Assembly (NCBI GenBank): GCA_021613535.1
Contig: CP075497.1
Span: 13,268,001-13,332,000 of the forward strand
DNA from: Adineta vaga
Lineage: Eukaryota; Animalia; Rotifera
Reading direction: 5' to 3'
DNA length: 64,000 nt
Shown here: positions 13,008-34,797 of the stretch, one piece after another
Layout of the letters: each line of letters begins with the position of its first letter
Position numbering within the stretch: position 1 is the stretch's first letter
Made by a program: the position numbers and the translations under genes
Notes under the pieces: generated by a model
Database searches by the model: none
Seen by the model: only the letters and a program-made list of their open reading frames with translations
Told to the model about the DNA's origin: nothing

Positions 13008-14634
13008 TTTTCAGAAGAATAGTATCAAAATGAATACAGAACATCTTTTTTTAACATTTTAAATGTTAATCATACTTTTAAGCAATCATCGAAGTAGAAA
13101 GTTATTATAATTTTATTTTTGATTCACTATGAGATATCTTTGTTACATACTTTTGTGTTCAAAGACGTAGTTCTTAAGGAAAAAAGAACTTTTTTCTCTG
13201 TTTATGACGTTGTCAAATGTTGTATGATCATATTCTTCATGTTTATAATAAAGAAACTATATAGATGACAAGACGATTTCAACGCTATTTTTGATGAATT
13301 ATAATTTCAAGGTAGTTCAAACATTCTTTAAGTTGTGAATTTCTGACTGTCTGCTCATAAATCTCAAAAAAGATTTCACAGGTACTATACGCTTAGAAAA
13401 ATAACTGATTTAATTTATTCCATGATAAATGTGATATCTTTATCTGTGACACGTATGATATTCTTATTGATAAAGATAACTTTTATATACTTGGGTGTAT
13501 GAGATGTGTGTTCTTTCTTTTAAAATTAAGAGTAGCAGATTATATTTAAATCATCAAAATTATTCAAATTCATATGTTAGAAACGAAATAAAACATGTAT
13601 TTCATATGATTGAATTATATTAAATGAAAGCAATATATTTTCTATTGAATTCTTTCAAATTTTTGTACATGTACATTATATATATATATCTGTAACATAT
13701 AAATTCATAAGGGTATATGAGTAAGAAAAGGGAAAGACTCTCATCCACTTCCTCAAGATCGTATAGTTAATATTATGCGAAACGAGACACTTGACGAACA
13801 TTTCATAAAATATGTTCGTGTTCTGAACGAAAGGTTTTTCATATTATTCTTGATGTATAATACACGAAAAATATTATAAATAGTAGTCGAAGTGTTTGAA
13901 AATAAAATAAAACTATTATAAATAAATAACAAATTGATCTAAAAGTAGAATTAGATTATTTTCAATAGTATCCGAACTCCTTTCGAATGAGCAATAGTTA
14001 ATAGAAATTGTGCTAATAAAAAATATTTCTCGTGATGATTCTGGTAGAACGATTTGTACCTGTCTGAGATACTTTTTGTAGTACAAATAACTTTCGGATA
14101 AAATCTGAAGTTTCCTCATTTATTTTTTTTAATTATATTTTCTAAACAAGTGTTTTATCGAAGATCATAGTTTACTTTTCAGAATTAGGTGCAATTATTA
14201 TAAGATAATCGTTAATTGCATTTGCACTAATGAAGCCATTGAAGAGAATGTTGAGTTTTCGTCTGAGATATGAAAGGAAACACTTTAATCGATCTTCTAA
14301 TTAGGTAAAAATTTGAATCCTTTGAATTGATATTATTTCAAGACTTCTGTTAAAACTATGAGTAAACAAAGAGACAGTAAGATTTTTTTATGATTTCATC
14401 AAATATCTTTGACAAATGAACAATGTATTACGTTGATAGAAAGATTGCTTCTCACAATTCTCTCTCTCTCTTTCTCTCCCTTACATAAAGAAGAAAAGTA
14501 TTTGTTTAACGAAGCAATAACCCATTTGACATTTTTTCGCTTCTAAACGCATTTATCGATACAAAATATGTACATTGTTGAGCTGACTTTATAAAGCGAC
14601 ATAATTGGAAAATATAAAAAATAATATACGTATT

Positions 14635-17131
14635 ATGAATATCAAATACTTACTCTTTTTTGTTATATTACAAATTTGTATTGTATATGGATCGCATTTT
14701 CGGGGTGGAACAATTACATGGTCAGTTCTATAAGAAATATCTTCTTTTTTGAAATATTTCTTTTGTTTATAGGAGACCTTTGAATGCAACTGCATCTGGT
14801 AGTTCAGCCGATTTTGTAATACGTGAAAGATTTTCATGGCGTCGCAGTTACAATTATCCTGCTTCTGGTATCATTTGTTTTTGTGATGATACAACTATTG
14901 CTACTAGCGGTACAATTGGCGAAAATGATTTAGTACGATGTACGGCTGGTTCTTATTGTCCTTCTTGGAGTCTTATGAATACAACAACATTTTGTACAGA
15001 TTACAGTACTACTCTTGACGTTAGTTCGGGTGAAAGAACTCGAGTATATACATTACCATTGAATATTTCATTTACCATTTATTATTATAGTGGTAATTGG
15101 CTAAATGATCTTGTTAAAGGAGGTAATACAGCGTGGTTTGTTTCAAATCGTGTTAATACAAATCTTAGACCAGATGGTTATATTAATACCAGTCCTGTTG
15201 CTGTTACACTACCGATTATCTATAAAGAAATCAATATAGAACATGTACATGTTATTCAAATGTCTGATTTTGACAGCGATGATATCTTACAATGTCGATG
15301 GGCCAATGCAAACGTTTCTTACAACACAAATCAACTTGATGAATGTGGTGGAATATGTGAAGGCGTTCCTGGTGCTCGTCTTATTCAAGAGAATTGTACA
15401 ATTGTATTTACTTTAACAATTGCTGGACTATATGCAGGAGTTGCATTGCAAATAGAAGATTTTTATAATTCTGCAGCATTGATAGCCAATACACCAATGA
15501 GTTCAGTTCCACTTCAATTTCTTTTCTATGGTTATCCTACACCCATCGTTTGTAAAACGCCACCAACAATCATTGGTAACCGACCCAATCGTGGTAAATT
15601 TACATATTACTGAATATTTTTTTTGCTTATCATGATTTCTTTTTAGCTTGTATTGGAACGCCGATTGGTTCTAATGTTACAGAATATGTTATAGTTGAAA
15701 CATATTGTCCAGGACAAACAATTGACAATTTTATAACAAGTAGTCCAATTGGAATGGAAAAAAGTGCAATTCTCAATCCAAGTCCTGGTCAGTTATGATT
15801 GAATCATTCGATTAACTAATATTTCTTTTCTTTCATAGGTATTTATCATTTAATTCTTAGTTGGATTCCAATATCTGCTCAATATGGTCCTGAACCATTT
15901 TGTGCGGGTGCTATTGATAATAATAATCTACAATCTAATCAATGGTGTGTTACATTTTTGGTTGGTTTTGATTCACCAGATGTCATTCGACCAAAAGTTG
16001 TTCAAGGTTCTATCTCTCCAATTGGTACTATTTTTCAAAATCACACACTTTTTTCATTTCAAAGTAAAATTTATTTCCTATTATTTTGATAATTGAATGA
16101 GAAATTTTTTTTGATTTTTAGCAACAAAATCCGTTGGACGTCCAACACGTAATGGTACAAATATTTATTTTCGAGATGCAACTAATAATGGTACAATTGT
16201 TGCACAATTTGATTGTGGTTGGGCACCTGAAGTGACATTTACAGGTTTTACAACAGTTATTCGTTTTAATAATACTCCACCATGGCAACCTGGACATTTC
16301 TATTATGTAACAATGGCTGGTGGTATGTTTTATTGCAGATCATCTATTCAGAATTTAGATATTCTTTTCTCTATAATTGTAGGTGTTGTAAGTGGAACGG
16401 AATTTTGTGGTAATTTAGTATATTGTTGTTGAAGAAAAAAGAGGATAAAAATGAAATGATATCATAGGACCTGAATCTGCACCAATCAATGATCCAACAT
16501 ATTGGGTATTCAATATTTGGAATCCAGCATTATCATCAACAACAACAACTACTACAACTCCTTTTACAACAAATACAATTACTACAAGACCAACATCCAC
16601 TACTAGTATTAATACTTTAGTATGTTCAATTAATCTTTTATATTATTTATTTTGTAATATTATTTATAATTAATATTTAGTTAACAACAACTGGTATTGT
16701 AATTACAACTGCTGCTCCTGCTACAACAACAACTTCAACTACTGCACCTCCAACTACAACTAGTAGAGAATAGAATTTCATTTAATCTTTTACATGTATA
16801 TTATATGTTTTATAGCTTCTACAACAACAACTGGTTCAACTGGATCAATAATAACAACTGAAACAACAGCTGCTGTTATGTATTCAAAAGATTTCGTAAA
16901 TTTTTATGCTTATTTCAATACTATTATATCTTGATTTTGTATTTATCATAGGAAGAAGCATGTAAATATCCCATATTAATAATGACAACAGTCATATTTG
17001 CTATAGCATTTCCTATACAAACTGTGGTCATGTATCTTGCATTTATAAAATTTGAAAAAATGTACAATCCATCACGTATCAACGCTAAAGCAAGACATCA
17101 ACAGCGAATGAAACGAATTATGCGAGCTTAA
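14635..17131 (+). CDS. Type-I membrane surface protein of the SHFRGG (Sib/integrin-beta-like N-terminal) family, multi-exon
   Basis: Signal peptide MNIKYLLFFVILQICIVYG, then SHFRGGTITW|RPLN, RPDGYINTSPV, DFDSDDILQCRW, ALQIEDF, SSVPLQF. These are followed by an Ig-like region (WQPGHFYYVTM), a Thr-rich stalk over several exons, one TM helix and a basic tail ending RHQQRMKRIMRA*. Confidence 0.8.
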
Positions 17132-17327
17132 AGACAAATTTTATTGGGGGATGAGTGTGAGTGTGTTTTTTATTTTTAAATAAAAATGATCGATGTAGCC
17201 ATAGGTAAGAGGGCAAATGCCTGTTGAAATTTTGATATTGTTTATACAATTTCTGTCAAAGTAACTTTCGTCTACCGACAAAAGTTTTGCTTTTTCTTGT
17301 CCAACTTAAGAATATATTTGTCTAGTT

Positions 17328-17972
17328 CATTGCAAATGATGTGATTGAGACACACTTCGTCGTTTGATTGGTATATCATGAGCTTGAGTATTTCCAACAG
17401 TTATTGGTGTAATCATATTTCTTCTTCTTCTTCTTACGAAATAAACTAAATATACTCATCTGCAATAAAATATTCACCATCACTTGTTTCATAACAAACA
17501 AAAAGTAAAATATGAAAATTAAAAAGAAAAAAGAATCCAACAATACAAATAATAATAATCAATACATTTTTTGATCGATTAAACCAAGTATTTGGTTGTA
17601 TTCGACTCAGAAATAAATATCGATCAAAACAAACGAAAACATTTAACCATGCTGAAATTTGAAGTGTTAAATAATTAAAAAAAAAAGAAAACATTTACAT
17701 GATACAATTGTATATGAATAATTTGATGTAAAGTTATAAATTATATCAAGATAAGTATCAAAAGTCCATCCATATAATCCAAGAAAATCAATCATGACTA
17801 TTGCACGTATATAATAAATTACTGGATGAATTTGAGCATTTTTTAGAAATGTTTTTCGACATAAAATAATAAATGTTAAAATATTAAATATTGTACCAAT
17901 GATAAACATTGATAAACTATAATAACCCATAAATAGGAATTTATTTTGATTTGAATCACTTGTATTTGTCAT
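17328..17972 (-). pseudogene. GPCR pseudogene with a frameshift and an internal deletion of TM5-TM7
   Basis: TM1-2 in 17667-17972; frameshift in the long A run near 17680; TM3-4 (VCFDRY) in 17446-17694. The sequence then jumps directly to a C-terminal tail (FVRRRRRNMITPITV...HHLQ*). Confidence 0.7.
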
Positions 17973-18685
17973 TTTGATTTTGTAAAATTTAAATAAGACA
18001 GATTTTTCAAGTTTTTATTGATAATGAAATAAAACAAAAATAAGAAGATTTCTTTATTCTTCTTTTTTTTTAATTATAAATATTGAAAATAATTTATAAT
18101 AACAATTATATTTATCGGCATCTTTGATATTCTTTCATATGATGCATTTTATTTTTACTTGTCCTTTTTCATTGATGTCAAAGTTATATTATAGGACAAG
18201 CATTTGAAATAATAACTATTCTTAAAAATAATTAACAAAATTTTATACTCATATACATCTACTCAGATCGACAAATTCAACAAAATATTTTCGACTATTC
18301 TTCAGAAATCTAAAGGACTCAAAGTTTCAAGTGTCTGTCAATAACAATAAGAAAGATATATAAGTTTACATTTTTAATAATTTTCATGCGTTATTTCCAT
18401 TTGATATATAACATGGACATTGATTCAATCATTAGCAAAATTATGCTCAACAAAACATTTCTCATTACGTATATATGTCATTTATATGGCTCTTCTTCAG
18501 CAAACATATCTCCAAATGTAAATCCGTATCCAAACATAATGATAAATGTTTGGCACCTCATCTATACATACCTTCGAAAATTTATTCATGACATATAAGT
18601 ACTCACAAATGTTAGAATGTTTACGATTAGAATTCATAGAAGTTTGATGAGAAGAGAAACAAACAACGTTTAAAATATCAGTCAA

Positions 18686-21413
18686 TCAAACTTCTTTGAT
18701 AAGTATACCATAAGGTCGAATATTTTTAGGTTCAGGTACAACCCATATTTCGTTGGTGGCACATTTGACATCATTAGGATTTACTGCTACTTGAAACATA
18801 CACTGAAAGTTTTTTGTACCTTTTAACGTGTCTAGCTTCACTGTTCCTACAAATCCAGTTTTCTCTAACCAGCTAGGACTAGGAGAACAGTAAACACCGG
18901 GTCCATATGCAGCAACTCTTGCCGTACGAAAACCAGTTTTATAAATACTAGCCAGAGCGTCGACACACGGCGCGGGAATCTCGTTAAATGTGTTAAAACC
19001 ATTAAAATCTTCTGATCTTGCACTACCTGTCCCGTGAAAAGCTCTGTACCAGTTGCCACCGTGTCCAAAGGGATGAAGCCAATCATCATTGTCATATTTT
19101 CCCAACACTCGTAGTCCGTATCTAGTCCATCCAGCAGCTGTAGTGTACGTTTGTGTACGTCCAGGTGGACCAACTTGATGGGTTTCTGCTTGATTACCGA
19201 AAGTTTTGTTGCCTCGTTCATCAAAATAGGATATATCGAAAGTTGGACGGTATAACAATGGATGAATTTTTGCACTTACGAACTGAGGAAATTGATTCTT
19301 TAAGTTTTGTGAATCGTTCTTTAGCTTTTGCGCTAGATTTGATGGTAAATCTGATACTGTATAAACTATATTGAATGTTCCGACATAAAAATCTTTTACA
19401 ATGATATTATTTATATGAACTTGATGTGCTCTGGCCAATCGGTTACGAATATCTGCGAGAACTGGATGAGATTTTTCGTTTTTAATTGACGTTTTTAAAG
19501 TTTGAACGAGTATTAAGTCATCTTCATTAGTTTGTGAATTATTGTTCCCGCCTAAACCTTGACTACTGGCTAATTTCAAGACGAATGGTTTGTCTTCAGC
19601 ACCAAGATCAGCTAAATTTCCAGCTGCATCGTGAAGATCTGTACCATTTTTAGAATCATAAAATAAACATTGTTGATCTTGAGTACTCAATAATTTATTC
19701 AAAACATGACATAGAGTATCTCTGTTGGATGGAATTCCGGATGGCTTTGTATTTAATATTGATTTAGTAAGTTCTTCAGCTTTCTTAATAGCAGGTGTTG
19801 TTTCATTGGTAGCATCATCGATATTTGGAAAACTATCATAATAGTTTTTGGATTCAACTTGTTCCTGTAGTATTTTTTCACGAACTGGATCAGGATCAGG
19901 TGAAACTGAAAAAACTTCAAGCAACTATTTAGTCATGAATAATGTTATGTTCTCTTATACTTATATTGGAATACGATAAATTACACATTATTAAAAGCTT
20001 TTCTTTTAAATTTTCATTTCATAAATCTAGATCAACTTGCAGATGAATTCAAGTCTATTTATATTTAGTGAAATTTACTACTCGTCTTAATTATTTGCTA
20101 TAAGCGAGAAATGATAAATTATTTATGAGAATGTTTTTCTAACACTTAACTTTTCATATTGTTTCATTAGAAATTATCGAAAATTCATTTGTGCTTTACC
20201 TGCCGGACTTTGGAAAACTTCTTTCTGTAATGTTTTGTCATTCATTGCTTTCGGAGGACGAACTTGACATCTTAAACGTATCTCAGAATTTGGATGCATA
20301 CATGCACCCTCCCATTGCTTTGCGAAATCTTTGGCTCTTTGCTGATCTGAAAACCTGTTCACCCAGGCAAACCAATTTGAATGATCTTGTTGATCTACTG
20401 GAATAACAATATGATTTTCTGGTAGATTTAATCTAGCTGCTAAATCTCTTTTGCTAATATGTTCCGGTAGACCAATAATTTTCACATGCCATTCTTCTAT
20501 TTCAGACATGTGCTTGGGAAATGTTGATCGTGACTCATAAGTGGGCAACTCCTTACTCTGAGTTGCCATTCGTGTACCTGAACTTTGGATGAAGTTGGAA
20601 TCGGTTACTCGTCGAGCTGCCAATATCGGTGTCCGCATCGTTATATCTTCTAAAAGCAATGATACCGTTTATTAATTTACGAGTGAAAGACTATCTTGCT
20701 AATTATTGCGAATGAATTAGAATACATTTTGCAAGATAAAAAACTTACCATAATGACATTTATGAGTATGAATGAGTAAAATATATCTACGTTAATTTTT
20801 TATATATATTTCTATTATCCACGAGTTTAAACATAAAAGCTGACTAGTATTTAGAATTCTAAATTCTAGTAAATAGTAAATTACCTGACATCTTTGTCGT
20901 TTCAGGAGATACGTTTGAAGTGTCGTATTGTTGTGTTGAGCTTTTAATCATATCTAAAGCATTCCGTAATTGTGTTATTTGTGGTATTTCTTCATATTCA
21001 TTTGTTGCAATACTGCAGCGAGCAGGAGTGTATGCAGACCTGGAAAACTTTGTTTCCACCGGTGCCTTAGGGTTATTTTCTGTTCCTTCGGATTCTATAT
21101 AAGTTTAAAATTCAAATAATAAATGGTGATTATTTGTAGTCTTACCTTTCGATACAGATGCAAAACATTGGATTGTTCCACCAAAAATTGATGAATCTGA
21201 CCATCGATTCCGAAATTCCTTGGCTTCTTGTTCATTGTCAAAATTATTAACCCATGCATACTGCGTATTATTAACATAAGTTTGAACCTTCGGAATGACG
21301 ACACGATATTGTGGTTGTAGACCTAATCCCTGAGTTAGTTGAGCTAAAGTGACAGACACAGGAATACCAGTGATTTTAACTCTCCATTTAGGGTTTGTGA
21401 TATTGGATGCCAT
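18686..21413 (-). CDS. Two RRM-like domains fused to a C-terminal H-Y-E ADP-ribosyltransferase-fold domain (NEURL4/PARP-like)
   Basis: Exons 21413-21146, 21094-20885, 20649-20200, (20054-20041), 19924-18686. Two repeats: WRVKITGIP...YAWVNNF...EAKEF and WHVKIIGLP...FAWVNRF...RAKDF. ART motifs: GWTRYGLRV, WYRAFHGT, YGPGVYCSP, FQVAVNP, EIWVV, IRPYGILIK. The last exon starts right after a tag acceptor and has no usable Met. Confidence 0.72.
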
Positions 21414-22430
21414 TGTTCTTTAAAATGTTAATAATGTCAAAAGAATTTTATTGTTCGGATATTTAATCTTAAAAAATGTATATATTGAAAGCACAAAGTA
21501 TTGACTCTGTTAAGAGAAAAAGCGGATTTGAAAATCCCAAAGAACTTGTTTTTTAAGATTTCACTAGTTAGCTTCCTTTAACATAGATCTATTAACGAAA
21601 AAAAATGAAATCTAACCTTCAGGGCCCGCTTTCCTCCCTTACTATATAAATGACATATGTACAAGACTACAAAGAGCACGAGTTGCGAAATATGAATGAA
21701 CTTAACATATGTATCGAGATTAATTTATGTTACCTGAAACTTGTTCAACCAGTTCCGAACAGGTTACTATATTATTATCGAATGTATTCTTCTAGTGAGA
21801 ACAATTTTTTTCATTTCGGCTGTATTTCAGATTTACATAAACGAATAGAGAAACATTTTTCTTTATATGTTTTTGTTTGCTCTGCTATTTTGTTTTTCAT
21901 TTTCCAGGCAACAAAAACATCAAAGGTGAAAATTAACCCATCAACTAAAAATAACATTGTTTTCTTTGAAATAACGAGTGAAACAGTAGTAAACTTTTAG
22001 ACCATTTTCTTCATCATGTGTCTATGAAACATATACTTGCATATTGAAATGTAAATCTTTTAAAATCTGTAAGACGAGAAAAACCTTTCATATGATCATT
22101 GTTCATATCAAACAATATGATTTAGATGATGTTTATGTAAAAAAAAGTATTACTAAACAAGCTTTCAGCGGAATATAGAATACGACAACAAAACGTCTAA
22201 CAAAAAGAAAAAACTTAACAACAACAGAAAGAAAAAATTGCGATGCACGTTAAATCAAATATGCAAGTGCAGTTCACACAAGGGTGTGGGTGTAGGTGAA
22301 ACCATGTAAGGGGAATGGACTTGGTTGTTGAGTATGTGCAGTGTGTATAGTCGCATGAGCTTGAGGTTATAGGAATATATGAAAGTTTAGTAGAATGTAT
22401 CATTGTCTCTTTCAGGATTGAGTCCAGCAA

Positions 22431-22520
22431 GGTCTAGAGGGCCGACGTATTACCTGTATTAGATTCTGACAAACACCTTTTTGTTACGGGCTTTGATCAT
22501 CATCGTATCGATGGATCAGA
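22431..22520 (+). pseudogene. Short NHL-repeat gene fragment
   Basis: Translates brokenly as GLEGPTY..LDSDKHLFVTGFDHHRI, resembling one NHL blade. Confidence 0.35.
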
Positions 22521-23243
22521 ATAAAATCTCGTTTACACAAAAATTCTTATGGTAAAGCTTTAAATAGTTCAGTGAATTATTTTAAAAAGTTCTCTTTGAG
22601 TTTATTTAAGAAATTAGAAGAAAATAGAAATCCTATAAAACAATAAAAGGTATTTTGTTTTTCACATCTATATTGTGTAGAGATTGGCTAACAGTTGTTG
22701 TTCTAACATATACTATCGCATTCCGAAAGAATTATCCGACGAGGACAAGAGATTATATTTAATAAAACGTATAATGATGAATTGCTTACAATATAGACAA
22801 ATACAATTCAGTATTATATTTTTCACGCTCAATTGACCGAATATTGATTATAAAATTTGAAATTGTTCAAACAATCAAAAGAGAATGAATATCAATTTAT
22901 AGATTTTTGTTGAAGTCATAAGTTAGTTGTATCAATATTCATTTCGAATGACGTCATCTCGTTTCTGTTCTTCTTTATATCAAATGATACAAATTAATTT
23001 GATATTATTTAAAATTCAAAAACTTCAAAAAAAACACTGTTTAGTCTTTTTGTTCTTCATCTAAGATACAACACAGGTGTGTTATGTTTACCTTCTGTAC
23101 AATGAAAAGAGGAGTAATCAGCTCTTTTATTTGCATAATACTCAAAGGACGTACTTTATTCTTCTAATATATGGACATGTATTCTACGGTTTTGATAGGA
23201 TACAATGAAGTGACATTTTTTTTGTGTCTATTAGTCATCTGTG

Positions 23244-23504
23244 AAAGTTTGAGAACTTCTTGATTTTTTTTAAAATAATCATTTACGAGAACATATTCAT
23301 TTGAATCATTCACAAAATCAAACAATAAATAAATATATTGATTCAACAACGAATATTTCTTCTCATAAGAAAACTAATGAACCTGTTATGGTTTTTATGC
23401 AATCACGATTAAGTTGTTCATTATGTAATGAAGATTTTAATAATCGACAAGATTTTAAAAATCATATGAGAGAAATACATCGTTTTGATGGAGAAGATCA
23501 ATAA
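23244..23504 (+). pseudogene. C2H2 zinc-finger gene fragment
   Basis: One intact finger CSLCNEDFNNRQDFKNHMREIH, preceded by a half finger LREHIHLNH whose Cys pair is out of frame. No clear start. Confidence 0.5.
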
Positions 23505-23971
23505 GACTAATACGAATAAACAAACATTCTTTTTTTCCTCTGTGTATCTCAAATAGAAATCTAACAAGTAATAATTATTATTTTCTCATTAAAATCATTT
23601 ATTTAATTTGAAAAAAAGGATAGCCGTGGGTATTTTTAAATTAACTCGTATTCTTGCGGGTGTAAATATGCTACCTAACACCCTTGTATTCTTAATATTT
23701 TCACGAAATGAAATAAGTAGCGCTATGATGTTAATGATTAAGTGCATTAATGTGATGCTTCATTATTTGTAACAATTTTCCATGATATACCAATGGTTTC
23801 ATAAGCTTGTGCAATAACTTTTTAACATACAAAATTGTAAAGAAAAACACCAACGATATTCGTCTACTTTTTTTTTCCTTTGCATAGAATAACGTGTAAC
23901 TTATATTGAAAATAGATAATAAAATGAATATATTTATATCGATTAGTCCGTAAATTATTGATTATTTTTCG

Positions 23972-32752
<8,781 letters not shown>

Positions 32753-33069
32753 AAAACGATTCTGAGTGACATCTATTTGTTTACCTATAATCATTTTTTC
32801 ATCACATTTTTAATATTCTAATCTCAAAACAGAAAACATACATTGAGGGTGTGGGTTATGGGCTGTATGTGAAGTATATGAGATGTTGATTAGAGTGAAA
32901 TTTAGATTGATGATGAGGGTCTGAAGTTGAGAAATAGACTCCAATGAAAGATGCGAATTTGATAAATTTTGGAAAAGGGTGTGGATGTTGTTGCCTTCTT
33001 CACCCACACCCACACCTCACGACAATAGTTTTCGTCCTTAAGTTTTGCTATATTGGCTTTTATAGGATA

Positions 33070-33412
33070 ACTAACGGAGATACCCGCTCCAAAGAGGACA
33101 CAATTTACGTCATCCATCTGCAAAAGTTCTCTTCTCATCTACCCCTTGGAGGTGGTAATCCGCTCTCGACCTTCCGCAGAACTTAGGGGAGTCCGGTAAA
33201 ACGTTTCGCGTCGCCAGCTATCAGTGGGATCGAAAAACTCCTATATGCCATCACCTGGGTGAAAATTCACCCACACCCTCCCATGACCATTCTTATCGCA
33301 TGCCGATCTTCCTCTGGACCTAGGGAAGCATTGTGGAAAATTTGGTGATATTAGCTTTTACAAGGACTGAATGCATAGCGAACAAACAAACTTTCTTCTT
33401 TATGTATATAGA
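33070..33412 (-). mobile_element. Non-autonomous Helitron-like element
   Basis: Read on the minus strand it starts tctatatacataaagaagaaagtttgtttg and ends with the hairpin gcgggtatctccgttagt. It contains the palindrome tgggtgaaaattcaccca and is homologous to copies at 51800-51950 and 55820-57923. Confidence 0.7.
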
Positions 33413-33863
33413 AGAACAGAATTTTATGTAATGCCATATATTTGCATGTTGCCATTTGGTAATCATCAGTCGAAAAATGTGCATGAAAAAAACCCACTTA
33501 TTTTTTCTTTCTTTTATTTATTTAAAGCACTCATTTTTCAATTTAAAATGCGCTATAAGAGATTTTTTTTCAACCAACGAAAACATTCTTTCAATGAAAT
33601 TATTTCTATACATATCTCATGCAAGGGAATTTTGAATGTTTTTTTTACAATAGAAGAATAAATTTATCAAATGCGTTTAGGATAAGGATGTGAAAATGAG
33701 CAGTTTTCGTTTCTGTGTTATGGTATGTATCCAAATATAATTTCAAAGTTTGTTCGTTCTCGAGGTGTTTTTCGTCGACACTATACATGATTTTGTACTC
33801 ATATTATTGCATAATAAAACTATTCTTACTTTAGAAGTAAATAGAGATATATCATATATGTAA

Positions 33864-34797
33864 ATGGCAAATCAAAATACCCAAATAAATCCCATGAACA
33901 ATTATCAATACATTGATGAAGAGTCCATAGATGTTGAATTAAGATGTTCTCTTTGTATGCAACCATTCGTATTACCGACAAGTGGAAAGTGTGGTCATAC
34001 ATATTGTAAACAATGTATTGAACCATGGGTCAATCAACAATCAACGTGTCCAACCTGTCGTGTTGAAATATCCAAATCAGAGCTTCATCCTATCTCAACT
34101 CGCATTGTACTTAATCAATTGGATCGCCTTATTATGCAATGTAAGCGATGCGAACAAATAAACATATTCAACGTGGTGATATTAATCAACATGAAGGACA
34201 ATGTATTAATCAAACAATTTCCTGTACTGCATTTGACATCAAGTGCCCATGGAAAGGCACACGCAAGGCACTAGCACAACATCTCCAAGAATGTCCTTTT
34301 GAAAAAATCCGTCCAGCAATCGATGACATTTATGAATCTCTAAGAAACGTATATGACCCATTAATTAATGAAGTACAAACAATTCGACAACAGTTAGAGC
34401 AACAAGTACAACGTAATAGGAAACAAAATCATTTTCTTCTTGCAGTTTTCAATGAGGGAAAACCAATGAGTGTGAGTCCTGGATGCTCTGATAAACGGTG
34501 TTATTTAAAAGAAAGTCACCTAGAGTTTCGCCGAAATCAACATGCAGAACATCACAAGCCCTATGCGAACAAGAAGCGATAATGTTCAAGCGTGCAATGG
34601 CGAACAATTGGAATTACAATCAATCGCCTCAATCACAAAAAAAACAGCCTGTGCAAGATCGTCCAAAGAGTACTTCGTTTCTTTGCGCTAGTTGTCATGA
34701 TGATATTGATTTTGATAGCATAGCACTTCATCATTGTGAGGGTGGTTGCATCTGCAAAACATGTGTTCGAATGTATGGCAGTTTGGACATGAATTAA
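33864..34797 (+). pseudogene. RING finger + TRAF-type zinc finger protein with two frameshifts
   Basis: C3HC4 RING (CSLC...CGHTYCKQC...CPTCR), TRAF-type fingers (CKRC...H..QC; C...CPWKG...HLQEC), a coiled coil, and a C-terminal CASC...HHC...CICKTC. Frame breaks at ~34165 and ~34500-34550. Confidence 0.75.
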
